Shown here piece after piece: positions 36,545-48,505 of a stretch of DNA of 64,000 bases; positions within the stretch are counted from its first letter, which is position 1; every line of letters starts with the position of its first letter. The notes under the pieces were generated by a model, which made no database searches, was not told the DNA's origin, and saw only the letters and a list, made by a program, of their open reading frames with translations. This DNA comes from Nemertoderma westbladi (taxonomy: Eukaryota > Animalia > Xenacoelomorpha): NCBI GenBank assembly GCA_032718475.1, contig JAUCBJ010001957.1, forward strand, positions 32,298-96,297. The letters are read 5' to 3'. The position numbers and the translations under genes are program-made.

Positions 36545-37769
36545 CCGTGCTAAACAATATTTAGGAGGGTGTCGCCCCTACAACATTGAGCATTTCTCAT
36601 AAAACGTGTTGCCATGGTTACTACTACTACTAGGATCGGCATGCTGCATTGCAGCTGCATTTTTAAGAATGCTGTGCCGGCTTATCGACAAAATTGCACC
36701 GCCACAACTCCCTATCACCCATGACATTTGCTAGATCATCCGCATCTTCAAGTCCAGTGTCCTTTAAGATGCGTCTCAAGAAAGTCATGGGCGGTCCACC
36801 ATGCTTATTCACTCCATGAGGCTGCCAAAGTACAAGATTATGCACTGGCTGGTCCTCACGGCGAAAACAATGTCCTGCAAAGCGGAGGCGACTTTGTTCT
36901 AGTGTCAAGCTTGGGGGAACCAATGAGACACCTCCAATGTTATATAGTGTCTGGTTGGAGATGTGTGCATTGTACTTGACACAATGAACCCGGCGTAGCA
37001 TTCTTGTGAATGTGCCATCCAGAGATTTGGTGTCCTCGGCAGTTAGAGCCCAGCATGGACTCCCATAGAGGAGTACTGGAACTATGGCTGCTCTAAATAA
37101 TCGGACCTTAAGTTTCCGATTAATTCTCGGTGACTTCCAAATCCTGGAAAGCCTAATCAAGGCTGCCCATGCCTTTCCCTTACGTATTCGAATGCGTATT
37201 CGATGCCATAGTTACCGGGGTGTTTATCTGCAGCTGCCATGGTTTAAACCCAATGGTTACAGGATTTACCCCAAACCTGACTAAACCAATGATTGCGAAT
37301 TCGATGAGCACATTCTCAGGTCACTGTTACCCTGGTAACCGTTGCTAGGGGCAGTAATCTTCGGTTCACGCTATAGCAAACCCCATCTTATACAATATCA
37401 GTATCAACATATTCCCTCAGTATATCGCGTATTGAACTTGAATTCGGGACACAGTTATTATGACAACCGTTGATAAGGGAACTTCTCTACTGTATTCTGT
37501 CATAGAAATAGTGTGTTCATTGTACTTGTTCCCAGACACAGTTACCATGACAACCGTTGCTAGATAGACACTATGTAGATATTCATTGACAGAGTTCATT
37601 GGATTGGCTATTATCGATAGATATAATTTTGGTGTAAATGCTCTAGATATTGAGTGTTTATAATAGCGGTTGCTAGGGTCTCATTCGCTGTTGACATGGA
37701 AACACGTTTTATTCAAATTGCTCAAGGCTGAGGGAGCGACACCCTCCCTAATATCGATTAGTATGGTAT
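36545..37769. mobile_element. Degenerate TIR element (MITE) hosting the RTE insertion
   Basis: ~75-bp imperfect inverted repeats (AATATTTAGGAGGGTGTCGC...GAGCATT..ATAAAACGTGTT.CCATG) at 36545-36621 and 37690-37769. Confidence 0.55.
36622..37203 (-). mobile_element. 5'-truncated RTE-clade LINE
   Basis: RT C-terminal region (KVRLFRAAIVPVLLYGS..W...RLRFAGHCFRR...DRELWR), (TAG)n tail and candidate TSD TGCCATRGTTAC at 36610-36621 and 37204-37215. Confidence 0.88.
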
Positions 37770-38668
37770 TGTGGTTATGAAACTGATGAGATATTTTATT
37801 GGTATAATATTCCACGGTTCATCACTCTGCTGTAGGTCTAAAGGATAAAGGAATGTTTATGACACCGGCCCAACAATATAAATTAATTATTTATTTATAT
37901 AATTATGCAATGTTAAATTGCTGGTTAATTTTAACCATGTAAGTCATCCGATATTCTGATTACCGATATTTATTGATTTATTTTTATTTCATTCTATTCC
38001 ATGTGAAGTACAGCGGGGTACAGACAGTCTGGCATTGGCAAATAATTATCATTTATAAAAGAGATGCTGCAGAGTTGATTAGTGAAATTTAATATTTTAG
38101 TAAAACAGAAGGTAATTTTTTTTGTAATTTCACCTTTGTCGCACTCTTGCTTTATCCTTCTAGGATAAACTCTGCATACCCTTTATTCTCCAGTTTGTGT
38201 TATAGTCAACTCAAGTTGGAGGTCTTCTCATCTCTCATCCAGTTTATTTTGTTTAGGTATATATCCTTATTAAGGCTTTTTACTTGTTAAATTAATTTAT
38301 TAAAATAATTTTATTATAATTTAGACCAATTAATTTTACGTCGGTGATGTAAATTTCACTTAGACTACTTCTTAAACTGCTGTGCTTCACATGGTATTAG
38401 TTTAGTAGACCTTGGAGGCTTTGTAGTGAGGCCAGTAGGCTGTCAATGACGACAGTCTAAACTGGAAATGGTGGGAGTTAGTTTGCGGTATGGTTTATGG
38501 TTTCTTTTATTAATATCGTCATAATCAGATCATTTCACACATAAATATTATTTTATGAATATATTACCTTGTTATTAATTAATATTTGAGTTGTTATTAC
38601 GACTCATTATCTTTGTGATTATTATATTTAAGTTATTCCTTAACGTTGATTTTAACAAAACTCTTTTA

Positions 38669-39290
38669 GGGTCTTACATAGCGATTTTGGGGTCTTACAT
38701 AACCATTGTGGGGTCTTACATAACGATTGTGGGGTCTTACATAACTATTGTGGGGTCTTACATAACGATTGTGGGGTCTTACATAACGATTGCGGGTTCT
38801 TACATAACTATTGTGGGGTCTTACATAACAATTGTGGGGTCTTACATAACGATTGTGGGGTCTTACATAACGGTTGTGGGGTCTTACATAACGATTGTGG
38901 GTGTGGGGTCTTACATAACGATTTTGGGATCTTACATAGTGGGGTGTGGGGTCTTGCATAACGATTGTGGGTGTTGGGTCTAACATAACGATTTGGGTGT
39001 GGGGTCTTACATAACGATTTGGGTGTGGGGTCTTACATAACGATTTTGGGGTCTTAATAACGATTGTGGGTGTGGGGTCTTACATAACGATTGTGGGGTC
39101 TTACATAACGATTGTGGGTGTGGGGTCTTGCATAACGATTGTGGGGTCTTACATAGTGGGGTCTTACATAACGATTGTGGGTGTGGGGTCTTGCATAACG
39201 ATTGTGGGGTCTTACATAACGATTGTGGGTGTGGGGTCTTACATAACGATTGTGGGGTCTTCATAACGATTGTGGGGTCTTACTTAACGA
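38669..39290. repeat. 21-bp minisatellite GGGGTCTTACATAACGATTGT (with 27-bp variants)
   Basis: About 27 tandem units. Confidence 0.95.
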
Positions 39291-39469
39291 ATACGGAATC
39301 GTTCGTATTTGTAAGATAAGATTGTATTAATGTTGTATTTAATGCAACAGAAATTAAAGATTGTTATTTGTATTTTACTGGATTGGATCTACTGCGCTTA
39401 TCATTATGTCCGTTTATAACCTATGTACTATAATTGAGAATTCGTTTTCCACTACAGCAACGTCCCACC

Positions 39470-39545
39470 TTTGTGTAGTGGTTGCATTGAAATCCCATCT
39501 CTCGTAGGTCGTGTGTTCAATCCTCGCATGGGCCAGGGCACTTTT
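39470..39545 (+). mobile_element. Degenerate tRNA-derived SINE head
   Basis: A-box-like TGTGTAGTGG and B-box-like GTTCAATCC; resembles the reverse complement of 41416-41500. Confidence 0.45.
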
Positions 39546-40175
39546 CGTTTCGGGACGAATGCTTTGAAGGGGCGATATTTGTGCGTAATCCCTGGCCTAA
39601 CGGTCGAAGAAAATTTACTTTTATTATTTTTAATTTATTTTTACTTTTTTTATGATTCGGTTCAATTGTTGACAATTTTGATTCCAGTTGTATTTTTTAT
39701 ATCTAGGTACCGGCACATTTTTATTATCTTTATTTTAGTGGTCCAGGGAGATAAGCAGGAATTTTTCATAGGTGGGGGTCAATATGAAAAATAACCTCTA
39801 TAATAATATCCTTCGAATTGCAGCGAGGATATTGCCGGAAATCCCGTATCGGAAAATCAGCAATGTTAAATATCAGTTGCGGAAAACTGCCTGCTACAGT
39901 GACTGTTTTTCTAACCAAAACAACAAACGAAATTCAATAGAAAGGTTACATTTGTTTAATTTCTCCTCATAGGCAGATATTATTTGCGTCGATTTTACCT
40001 CGATTTGCGTCGAATTTGATTGCGTCGCAAAGTAGAACCCAGCCCCTCCTCTTTATCACTCCTTTGTGACCGAGCTTAGTTACTGATCAAGAATGTTGCA
40101 ACCCCCACATTTCACGAGCGAAATTGTTTTTCCTTTAAATTATAGAAATTGGTTTGAATTACCGATACTGTATAA

Positions 40176-41232
40176 CTAGAAAGCCAGCAAGCTGGCTGGA
40201 AGGAGCCCGGGGGAAAAATCCTAGCCAAGACTATTACAAAGAACTATGTCAGTCAGCAGTAAGTAAACTAAAATTGTCTAAACTGCAAGGCGTGAGGCTA
40301 GCTGACTTTGTGGCTCGCCCCACATAATACAAAATGCAACTTAGCTACCACTAACAAAAATATAATATGAAGCAAATAATTTCATTATCAAGAACGTTTA
40401 CAAGATATAAGATGCGATTACCGAATATTTATAAAAAATGCCCATGATGCACAACCAGATAAATAACAACGAATAGAGCCAAATAACAAATTTAGTTTCC
40501 TTCTATAGGTATTACCCCGTCGTCAAGCGGAATATCTCTTCCCAGTGAATTCTATGTGAATATGTAATATAGGTACTCCTTAGGCGGTAGGCCAGAGCGG
40601 GCTCCTTAAATACATGCAACTACTGTATTATAGTGTAGGTCAACTATAAAACATTTTGCAATCCACAGTGAGTATCGACTGCAATAGGACACAACACACT
40701 GCTTTGTGTAACTAAAATTCATTCTCCTGATCCACCCCCTAACATAGCAGAGTGAGTAACCTTATTGTAGATATACCCTTAGGAAGCACTGGGAGAGCAA
40801 TCAGCTTATGGGGTAATACATTAGAAACCAACAGCTTATGTGTGAGTAAACATTGCCTTTCCTTATAGCCTACTAGTAAAACTTGGCAACCAACACGTTT
40901 TTCTATGACTGTGTATAACATATTAAGCCATACTTCATCATGAACACCAGCTGTTATTTTACCATTGCTTTTAATTTCGCGACAAAACAATGTCAAAAAA
41001 CTAAATATATCGAATATAGAATCGATCTGAAATTTTGTAACGCGATTATGAACCACCAAAGCAATGTACTTGCAAAATTTCATCAAAATCGCCAGGCAGG
41101 AAGTGCCTTAACCTAGATAATTATCAGTCAGTATGTCAGTCAGTCAGTCAGTGTAATGTATCCTGAGATTTTTACAGAAAGTATCCCTGAGATTCTTACA
41201 GTAAGTATCCCGCTGTCAAGCGGGCTCCTAAT
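40176..41232 (-). mobile_element. Non-autonomous Helentron/DINE-1-like rolling-circle element
   Basis: Subterminal inverted repeats AGGAGCCCG (40201) / CGGGCTCCT (41221), hairpin GCCAGC-AA-GCTGGC next to a CTAG end, second hairpin CCCGC...GCGGG, (CAGT)n microsatellite and an AAATTTCATCAAAATCG core motif. Confidence 0.7.
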
Positions 41233-41296
41233 TAATTTTTAATAACACTCCCAAACTGAGTAAAATTTTTTTTAACAAGCAATATTCATTCTATTG

Positions 41297-41500
41297 CAGG
41301 CCCGGCGCTCAACCAACTGAGCTACCCGCCTTCATGTAGCTACCATTTAAGGATTCAAAGGCTGAGATGTGCCCTAACATTAAACCATTATTGGCGACAA
41401 AACGAAACAACCGTGGTCCCTATGCAGGGATCGAACCCACGACATCCGGAGAGATGTGAATGCAATACAACGAAATAAACCACAACGCCACGCCAAGGTT
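41297..41500 (-). mobile_element. tRNA-derived SINE remnants
   Basis: Minus strand reads TGGCGTTGTGG...GGGTTCGATCCC (A and B boxes, 41500-41416) and GGTAGCTCAGTTGGTTGAGCG (41330-41297); no complete cloverleaf. Confidence 0.55.
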
Positions 41501-41883
41501 GGACTGATGTTCGCTGCTATCTCAGTATCTGCTACATGTCTGTGTGTAACGTAAGTGAGTGGAAAGTAATGACATAGTCAATGCGTCTTGGACATGATGA
41601 CAATTTGGAAATGCCAATGGTTTTGATTGGTGTTGGGTGGGTGGGCGGGAAATTTGAATGTTATACACTTTATATTCCTTTTTTTATTGGAAGTTTGTCA
41701 TTGTCTGACTGACGGTGCAAGTTGCATTTTATATTCGTGTTTGTACTTTGTACTAATCACTAATACTGTAATAATATATTACTGGCGTACAAGAAAGCGG
41801 AACCTACCATACCACGCTACCGGTACCGTCAATCGTATCCTAAACTACCGCGAGCTCGAGGAGGATTAAACTCACCGTACGCG

Positions 41884-43899
41884 ATGCGATTAATTATCAA
41901 TTTAAGAGGCCAATTATTATGCCACAGACGAACGAGTGGCGCAATGTGGCGCTCACACCGGCAAGGTTGCTTCTTTAACCAACCAAAAAATATATCTACC
42001 GTAATAAAACAGACGTGGAGAAAATGCCATTCAAAAAATAACGTACTAATTGGAGCTGCAAAATTTCTACCAAAGGTGCTACCGGTAACTAACGATGATG
42101 TAAATACTCGCGAAACTTCGCAAAAGGGAACTCTGAAACGTCTTATTCGGTTACTGGAACCGGAAAGAACATCTATGTGCATCGGGGTTTCCTTTCTACT
42201 CATATCATCTAGCGTGTCTCTTAGCGTCCCGTTCTTTATGGGTAAAATAATAGATATAATCAATAAATCGGACTCTCATTCGCTTCTGCTAACCCAGTTA
42301 TCCAACACCGCCGCTATGCTGCTCTGTGTGTTCGCGGTTGGCGCCGTGGCCAACTTCGGCCGTCTGTATCTGATGCAACGCGCCGGCCAGCGGATCATTC
42401 GGGACCTGCGCAGTCGGTTGTTCGACGCGACGATCCGTCAAGAGATCGGATTCTTCGATAGAACGAGTACCGGGGAACTCATCAACCGGTTGTCTAGTGA
42501 CGCAGACGTCGTCGGTAAAACATTAACCGAGAACGTCTCGGACGGGCTACGATCGCTCTGTCAGTCTGTAGTCGGGGTTTCCTTAATGTTCTACGTATCG
42601 CCGCAGTTGGCTTTGACTACGTTAATTATCGTTCCTCCCGTTGCGGTTTTCTTAGTAACTGTCGCTCGGCGACTGAGAAACATAGCGAAAGACGTCCAGG
42701 ATTATTTAGCCGAAGCGAATCGAGTTTGCGAAGAGCGTTTATCGAATATTCGAACTGTCCGCGCTTTCGGTAAAGAGAACTACGAAAGCGAGGTTTACCG
42801 AAAATCCGTAAACAACGTATTTAATATTCACCAAAAGGAAATTATATTAAAATCTACATTCTACATGGTTACCGGCTTATTCGGTAATCTTTTAATGCTG
42901 GCTGTATTCTATAAGGGCGGGTTACTAATGGCCGACACCCAATTATCTGTGGGGGATTTAACCGCCTTCCTTCTTTACTCGGGTTTCGTTACTATAAGTT
43001 TCAACGGGTTGAGTTCGTTTTACTCGCATTTACAGCGCGGATTAGGCGCTAGTTCGCGCTTATTCGAGCTGCTACAGCGCCAACCTCTCATACCCACTGA
43101 TATTGGTCTCACCATCCCAGCGGAGAACCATCTAGGCGCCATTCGATTCTCTGACGTGGAATTCTCATACCCAAACCGACCAGAATTCGGAGTCCTAAAA
43201 GGAATCGATTTAACAATAAACCCGGGGAATGTTGTAGCTATAGTCGGAAAATCTGGCAGCGGAAAGTCAACTATAGGCTCGTTGTTGCTAAGATACTACG
43301 ATCCCACTAATGGGGATATTACAGTAGATGGTTACAATGTTAGAGAGTTAAACCCCAGTTGGTTGCGTGGTCATATTGGTGTGGTTAGTCAGGACCCAGT
43401 TCTGTTTGATGCGACAATCCGAGATAATATACTGTACGGGGTGGCGGATCGGGTTGAGTCGGTAGGGGAGGTTGAGGAAGCCGCTGAACTTGCGAACGCT
43501 CTGGAGTTTATACGGGAGTTCCCTGATGGTTTCGATACTGTTGTTGGTGAGAGGGGAGTTATGTTGAGCGGTGGACAGAAGCAGCGAATAGCGTTGGCGA
43601 GGGCGATTATAAAAGACCCTCGGGTGTTGATTCTGGACGAAGCCACGTCGGCGTTGGATGTAGCCAGCGAGCGATTGGTTCAGGAAGCCCTACAACGAGT
43701 TATGATTGGTCGAACTGTTATTGTGATTGCCCATAGACTCAGTACTATAAGGAACGCGGGGTGTATTGCAGTTCTACACCAGGGCCGGATTCACCAATTA
43801 GGCACATACAATGAACTTGTTTCGCTTCAAGGTGGAATGTTTTATAATTTGGTACAAAGTCAAGTTGTAACGGGTAGTTACCCTGATTGTGGACTTTAA
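41884..43899 (+). CDS. ABCB10: Mitochondrial ABC half-transporter ABCB10/Mdl1-like, single-exon CDS
   Basis: Basic presequence-like N-terminus, TMD (SLSVPFFMGKIID, ANFGRLYLM, FFDRTSTGELINRLSSD, ENVSDGLRS), Walker A GKSGSGKS, LSGGQKQR, ILDEATSALD, IAHRLST. Confidence 0.93.
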   Translation: MRLIINLRGQLLCHRRTSGAMWRSHRQGCFFNQPKNISTVIKQTWRKCHSKNNVLIGAAKFLPKVLPVTNDDVNTRETSQKGTLKRLIRLLEPERTSMCIGVSFLLISSSVSLSVPFFMGKIIDIINKSDSHSLLLTQLSNTAAMLLCVFAVGAVANFGRLYLMQRAGQRIIRDLRSRLFDATIRQEIGFFDRTSTGELINRLSSDADVVGKTLTENVSDGLRSLCQSVVGVSLMFYVSPQLALTTLIIVPPVAVFLVTVARRLRNIAKDVQDYLAEANRVCEERLSNIRTVRAFGKENYESEVYRKSVNNVFNIHQKEIILKSTFYMVTGLFGNLLMLAVFYKGGLLMADTQLSVGDLTAFLLYSGFVTISFNGLSSFYSHLQRGLGASSRLFELLQRQPLIPTDIGLTIPAENHLGAIRFSDVEFSYPNRPEFGVLKGIDLTINPGNVVAIVGKSGSGKSTIGSLLLRYYDPTNGDITVDGYNVRELNPSWLRGHIGVVSQDPVLFDATIRDNILYGVADRVESVGEVEEAAELANALEFIREFPDGFDTVVGERGVMLSGGQKQRIALARAIIKDPRVLILDEATSALDVASERLVQEALQRVMIGRTVIVIAHRLSTIRNAGCIAVLHQGRIHQLGTYNELVSLQGGMFYNLVQSQVVTGSYPDCGL

Positions 43900-44620
43900 T
43901 ATAACTGATATAAACCTTATATTAAATTATTTTTCATATGATTGATATTATACTTTATGTCGTGTAAATATTTATCATGCCTTATTGACCAAGTTACTGA
44001 ATTAAATTAATAAAATCAAATTTATTTGGATGAGACGAGAATGTTTAATTGCTCACGCCCACTCTTGCTTATATGACATATTGCTTATTCCTCACCCCCG
44101 GGTTGACTAAACTACCCCCCCCCCCCCCCGTCTCACCCATGTTTAGTCAATTAGTGAAAGTGAAATGTGGAAATGGAAGAAGTGTGAAATAGTGAAAGAA
44201 AAGAAGAAAGAAAAAAAGTGAAAGTGAAATACGATGTGAACCATTTGGTCTTTGTCGATGGCTTTATTATAAATATGTCAATGGACAACAGAATACAATT
44301 GAATTAAGTATACCGATAACAAAAATAGTAGTCTGATGCCGGGAGGGGGGGGGGGGGGTGACGCTAATGGGCGACAGTCAACGATCGCCCCTCTACATAT
44401 TCGCCCCCTATTTTATGGGTATATGGACTTGGGAGGAATAGACTCATACCATTGACCGATTTACCCCACCTTACTAGCCCACTTCGCATTTACCATTTCG
44501 GAAAAATAATATCCCGTTTCTACTTATAAACTATGTAAATTATATATATTATATTTATAAGCGTTTAATAAGTTGAATTTCACAAGACCCGGAACAAGCT
44601 GGCGGACAGAAACAACGATG

Positions 44621-44860
44621 CACAGTGGGTCAAGAGCGGCCAAAATAGGCAAAAACCGATGTGCTCAAAAACTTTTTTCAATGTCACCATTCGATTCGCA
44701 TATCTGAAAACCTCAGAAAATATACTTCATTTCAAAATTTTCATGTCTGGGAAGAAAATCTAGCTCGACAAACCCAAAATTTCAAATTTATATGAAAAAA
44801 ATGAAATTTTCATGCCAAATTAGGAAAAATTGAAAATATTTGGTAAAATGCCACTGGTCC
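44621..44860 (+). mobile_element. Lone Transib-like terminal fragment
   Basis: Starts CACAGTGG, then GCAAAAACC 21 bp later; no matching opposite end was found. Confidence 0.4.
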
Positions 44861-45255
44861 CATTTTCGGTGGGTGATGTAGGGAATTGAATCCGCTTACA
44901 TTTCCCATGGAGAGCCTATTAAAAGAGGACAGATCCTGAAAAGTTTGGATCCTGTTTCCCGTTGTATGCTTGCAACATTTATTTTAATATCCATAATATT
45001 ATACAGTAAATCAACAACATAGTGCTGTAAAGTTTTGGCGGCAAATTTAAAAGTAAGATTAATCTCATAACTCTCCAAAATGTACCGGTATCTTTACAGC
45101 TCTATGCTCTAGTCCTAGCTCCAAGCTCTGTTATCTTTAAGTACGTTTGTTAACGTAAGTTTGCAAAACCTGTTTGATATATCTGTATATGATATGTCAG
45201 TATGTATGTTAATGTCTGAATGTTGTAATCTGTTGCAATTTTAGTTAAAGACAAA

Positions 45256-46788
45256 ATGTCGCAAGGCAAGGACAGTTTCCGGTATGTAACCATAGAGAAT
45301 ATCCCCAAATATTACAATACAATACATCTCCGTAGATTCTTCAACCTAGCTATACATTCGGGATGGATTGTCTGTTTCCATTACCTCGGCCGACCTGCAT
45401 CCTACGTTACGGTGGAAACCAAACACAAAGACCGGACTAAAGTAGGGATTGCTAAGGTACGAACTGGTAATCTGAAGGAGTTTGTTTTGAAGTACAACGG
45501 AATTCAATGGTCCAACGAAAATCCTCTTAGATCGAAGATTAGAGAGTTTTGTACCGAGTTACCGTTGCCTACGGTTACATTCACGACGAGCAAACTGAAA
45601 GAATTCCCATTTAAACTGCGAAAATCTGTTGAAGTTATTCGTTTGGAAAAAATGACTATAGTTTCTAACCTAGATTGGCTGATTGAATTTAGTGACATTC
45701 CAGACATATTGAGACCTAAGGGTAATATTGGTACAACTGAGGGTCAACTTAAGAAACTTATAAGGAACTGTAAACTCCCCAGTCATCTTATAAAAAAACT
45801 TGGGTTGACGCCACATTATCGAAATGAAATTATATTCAATAGAATTCCACCGCCGGAAAGTTACGAAGATGTCGAAGAATGGGATCGCCATGAAAGTCTA
45901 CATAATGACGTCACAACGCAAGAACGAACCAAGGAGCGCACGTTCGAGGGAGATATGGAAGTGGTTTGGGAGAAGGGGGGTCCCGGTGTGGTGTTCTACA
46001 CAGACGCCCAATACTGGAGGGAGCGGGAGGGTGACTTCGACGAACAAACTGTAGACGATTGGGATGTAGATATGAGTGGGTACGAGATGGGTGATAAATC
46101 CATGGCAGGGAGCGATTTCCGCGAATTGGAACAGATACGAAGAGAGGCTGGCAGTTTAAGGAGTTCCACTGTAGATGCTGGATGTTTCCGTCCTGAGAAA
46201 CAGTCACATTTTAATCGACCTCGGAAGAAGTGGCCAGGAGAACCGAGAGAAGAACAAGTGAATGAAACAGTTTGTACATCATCATTTTATACGAAGACTA
46301 ATAATGGCAAGAAACATTGTAAATCTATGTCATCGGATTATAAATGGGGATCCTTTGGGTATTGTAGTAGAGGAATAGCGCGGAAAGTAATGGAGAAGTA
46401 CGGATGGAGGGATAGCCTGGGGTTGGGAAAACGTTTAGATGGGCGAACGTTGCCGGTGGAGGTCGTCATACAGGCCGTACCCAGATCGGGTTTGGGGTTC
46501 GTTGTATCCACGTCGAGGGTCACGAATCCGTCGTCAACCCGGTTGCGCAACGACGACGCCATTACAATTAGCACTGCGTTCGACACGAAACCTCATCCGC
46601 ACGATCTAGTCAAGGGATTGAATCGAACTGAACCGACAACAGCGCTGAAACACCGCTGTAAAATACCGCAAACGCCATTGAAACACCGCTGTGAAACACC
46701 GCAAACACCACTGAAACACCACAGTAAATCATTCCCTTACGGTGCCGGCATTCGCTTCCATAGAAGTAATCAGGTTTTATTCTCTTAG
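45256..46788 (+). CDS. GPATCH3: G-patch domain-containing protein 3, single-exon CDS
   Basis: CFHY motif, GNIGT, EEWDRHESLH...WEKGG.G.VFYTDAQYW...GDFDEQT.DDWDVDMS and G-patch GIARKVMEKYGW..SLGLG...GLGF. Confidence 0.9.
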   Translation: MSQGKDSFRYVTIENIPKYYNTIHLRRFFNLAIHSGWIVCFHYLGRPASYVTVETKHKDRTKVGIAKVRTGNLKEFVLKYNGIQWSNENPLRSKIREFCTELPLPTVTFTTSKLKEFPFKLRKSVEVIRLEKMTIVSNLDWLIEFSDIPDILRPKGNIGTTEGQLKKLIRNCKLPSHLIKKLGLTPHYRNEIIFNRIPPPESYEDVEEWDRHESLHNDVTTQERTKERTFEGDMEVVWEKGGPGVVFYTDAQYWREREGDFDEQTVDDWDVDMSGYEMGDKSMAGSDFRELEQIRREAGSLRSSTVDAGCFRPEKQSHFNRPRKKWPGEPREEQVNETVCTSSFYTKTNNGKKHCKSMSSDYKWGSFGYCSRGIARKVMEKYGWRDSLGLGKRLDGRTLPVEVVIQAVPRSGLGFVVSTSRVTNPSSTRLRNDDAITISTAFDTKPHPHDLVKGLNRTEPTTALKHRCKIPQTPLKHRCETPQTPLKHHSKSFPYGAGIRFHRSNQVLFS

Positions 46789-47611
46789 TTAAAAACGAAA
46801 TGTCCAATGTTGGATTTTATAGTTCCCTCCTATTTTTTCTGAAAAACCCTGTTCTACCTGTGGTTCTCAGTATAGTGCGAAGCTTTTGTAAAAAAAAAAA
46901 GCTACAAAATCAGCAGAAATTAAAGATTTCAAAATGTGTTCTAGGCGATAATATTCATGGTGTAATGTTATAGGTTTGTTCAGAAGTGGAAAAAATGAGA
47001 AAGCATCTCCAATTTATCTTAGATAATATTCATCGCATAATTCGCATAACTATTCTGAGTAGGCCTAGGCCTATATTATTATTAAGTATTTTGGGGTTTA
47101 CGCTACTAGTCAGACACATATATCTTCTTAGGATAGTCAAGTTTATTTTTTGTGGCTAATATAATCGTTATCGTGTATGCGGTTGCGAGTTACACAGCTT
47201 CGAAGATAGTGGGGTTGGTTGGAATGACCCAGCGTTCGGTGGAAAGTAAGGTGTCGTTGTGTCAGAGTATCCATCTCGCGTCGAAGATTACAACTTTATT
47301 GCATTCAAACCAAAACTGAATGAAAATACCTTAAACTCACATTTTTGATGGTTTTTATTTATTTTCAATAACCTATAAATAACTAAGATAAATAATATAT
47401 TATCCTCGTTATTTCATTGTCTTAAAGGTATTTTTCTAATCAATAAATCAACTGAAATCTAACCCCGTAATTTTATATTTCTTACACTACTGGTGTCTGG
47501 GATTTTTTAATTATTTATTGCTTATACTTTGATTGGACGTTGAAAGCTCCTAGCAAATCCCATCTCGGCGAATTCATATATCGTCTCAATGTTAAATGAT
47601 ATGGTTACATC

Positions 47612-47795
47612 GCGTTTCGGCAACAGTCGCGATTCGGCAAAAAGTTGCATTTTGGCAAAAAAGATGCGTTTCGGCAAAAAAAAGTCGCGATTCGGCAAAA
47701 AAACCGCAATTCGGCAAAAAAAAGTTGCGTTTCGGCAAAAAGTCGCAATTCGGCAAAAAAAGTTGCGTTTCGGCAAAAAGTTGCGTTTCGGCAAA
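47612..47795. repeat. Minisatellite with a TTCGGCAAAAA core (~19-23 bp)
   Basis: About 9 degenerate units. Confidence 0.85.
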
Positions 47796-48505
47796 AGATA
47801 AAGATAAATTCCTAGATGTTAGAACGGGGTTGAATTCAATTATTAAAATTGTAGTGGTCTTTCTTTATGCCAATTATGCAAGGTAGGTGGTACAGTACTA
47901 ATATTATTTTATTTATTTGTATGGAATTAATTTCGCACTACCAAATCGCCATGGCGACGCCATGGTTGACCTTTAAATATATTCCAAGATTCAGTTTAAA
48001 CAGATTAAGATCAAGAAACTGGGGAAGGTTTTCACTTACATACATTTTGCCCTCTACCGGCAGACTGGATCATGGAACTCATAACTGTTTATTATTATTA
48101 TTATTGACCGACCCCACAATGACACAGGATGTGTTCTATCACATATCTGAGAAGTTTCAGCTTGCGGAATGGGGCAAATATTTTTTATATTTTAATTATT
48201 TTTATTTGATTGATTAATTTAGTTTTTCGTAATTTAATTAACCTTTCTAGACAGATTACAACAATTCCAGTTCAGTTCAATTTTAAACGAAATAAAGCGA
48301 AATTTTGCAGAAAGCATGTCCAATAGATGCTCCCTATGGGGTGTCGACAGAATTTTGATTGAGTGAATTCTACGATTATGATCGGTAGTCTAGAATTAAT
48401 TTCACTGTTTAAAGGCAACCAACAGGCCCCTCGCAATCAGAACCTTGCATACACAACTAGGTCCGATAATGAACCTCATCAAAGTTTCAACAAACACGTG
48501 TGAGA

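Noticed and set aside
38591-39319. GSYITIV-repeat ORFs
   Set aside because: Translations of the 21-bp minisatellite.
41297-41500. Functional tRNA genes
   Set aside because: A and B boxes are present but no complete cloverleaf or acceptor stem; better explained as SINE remnants.
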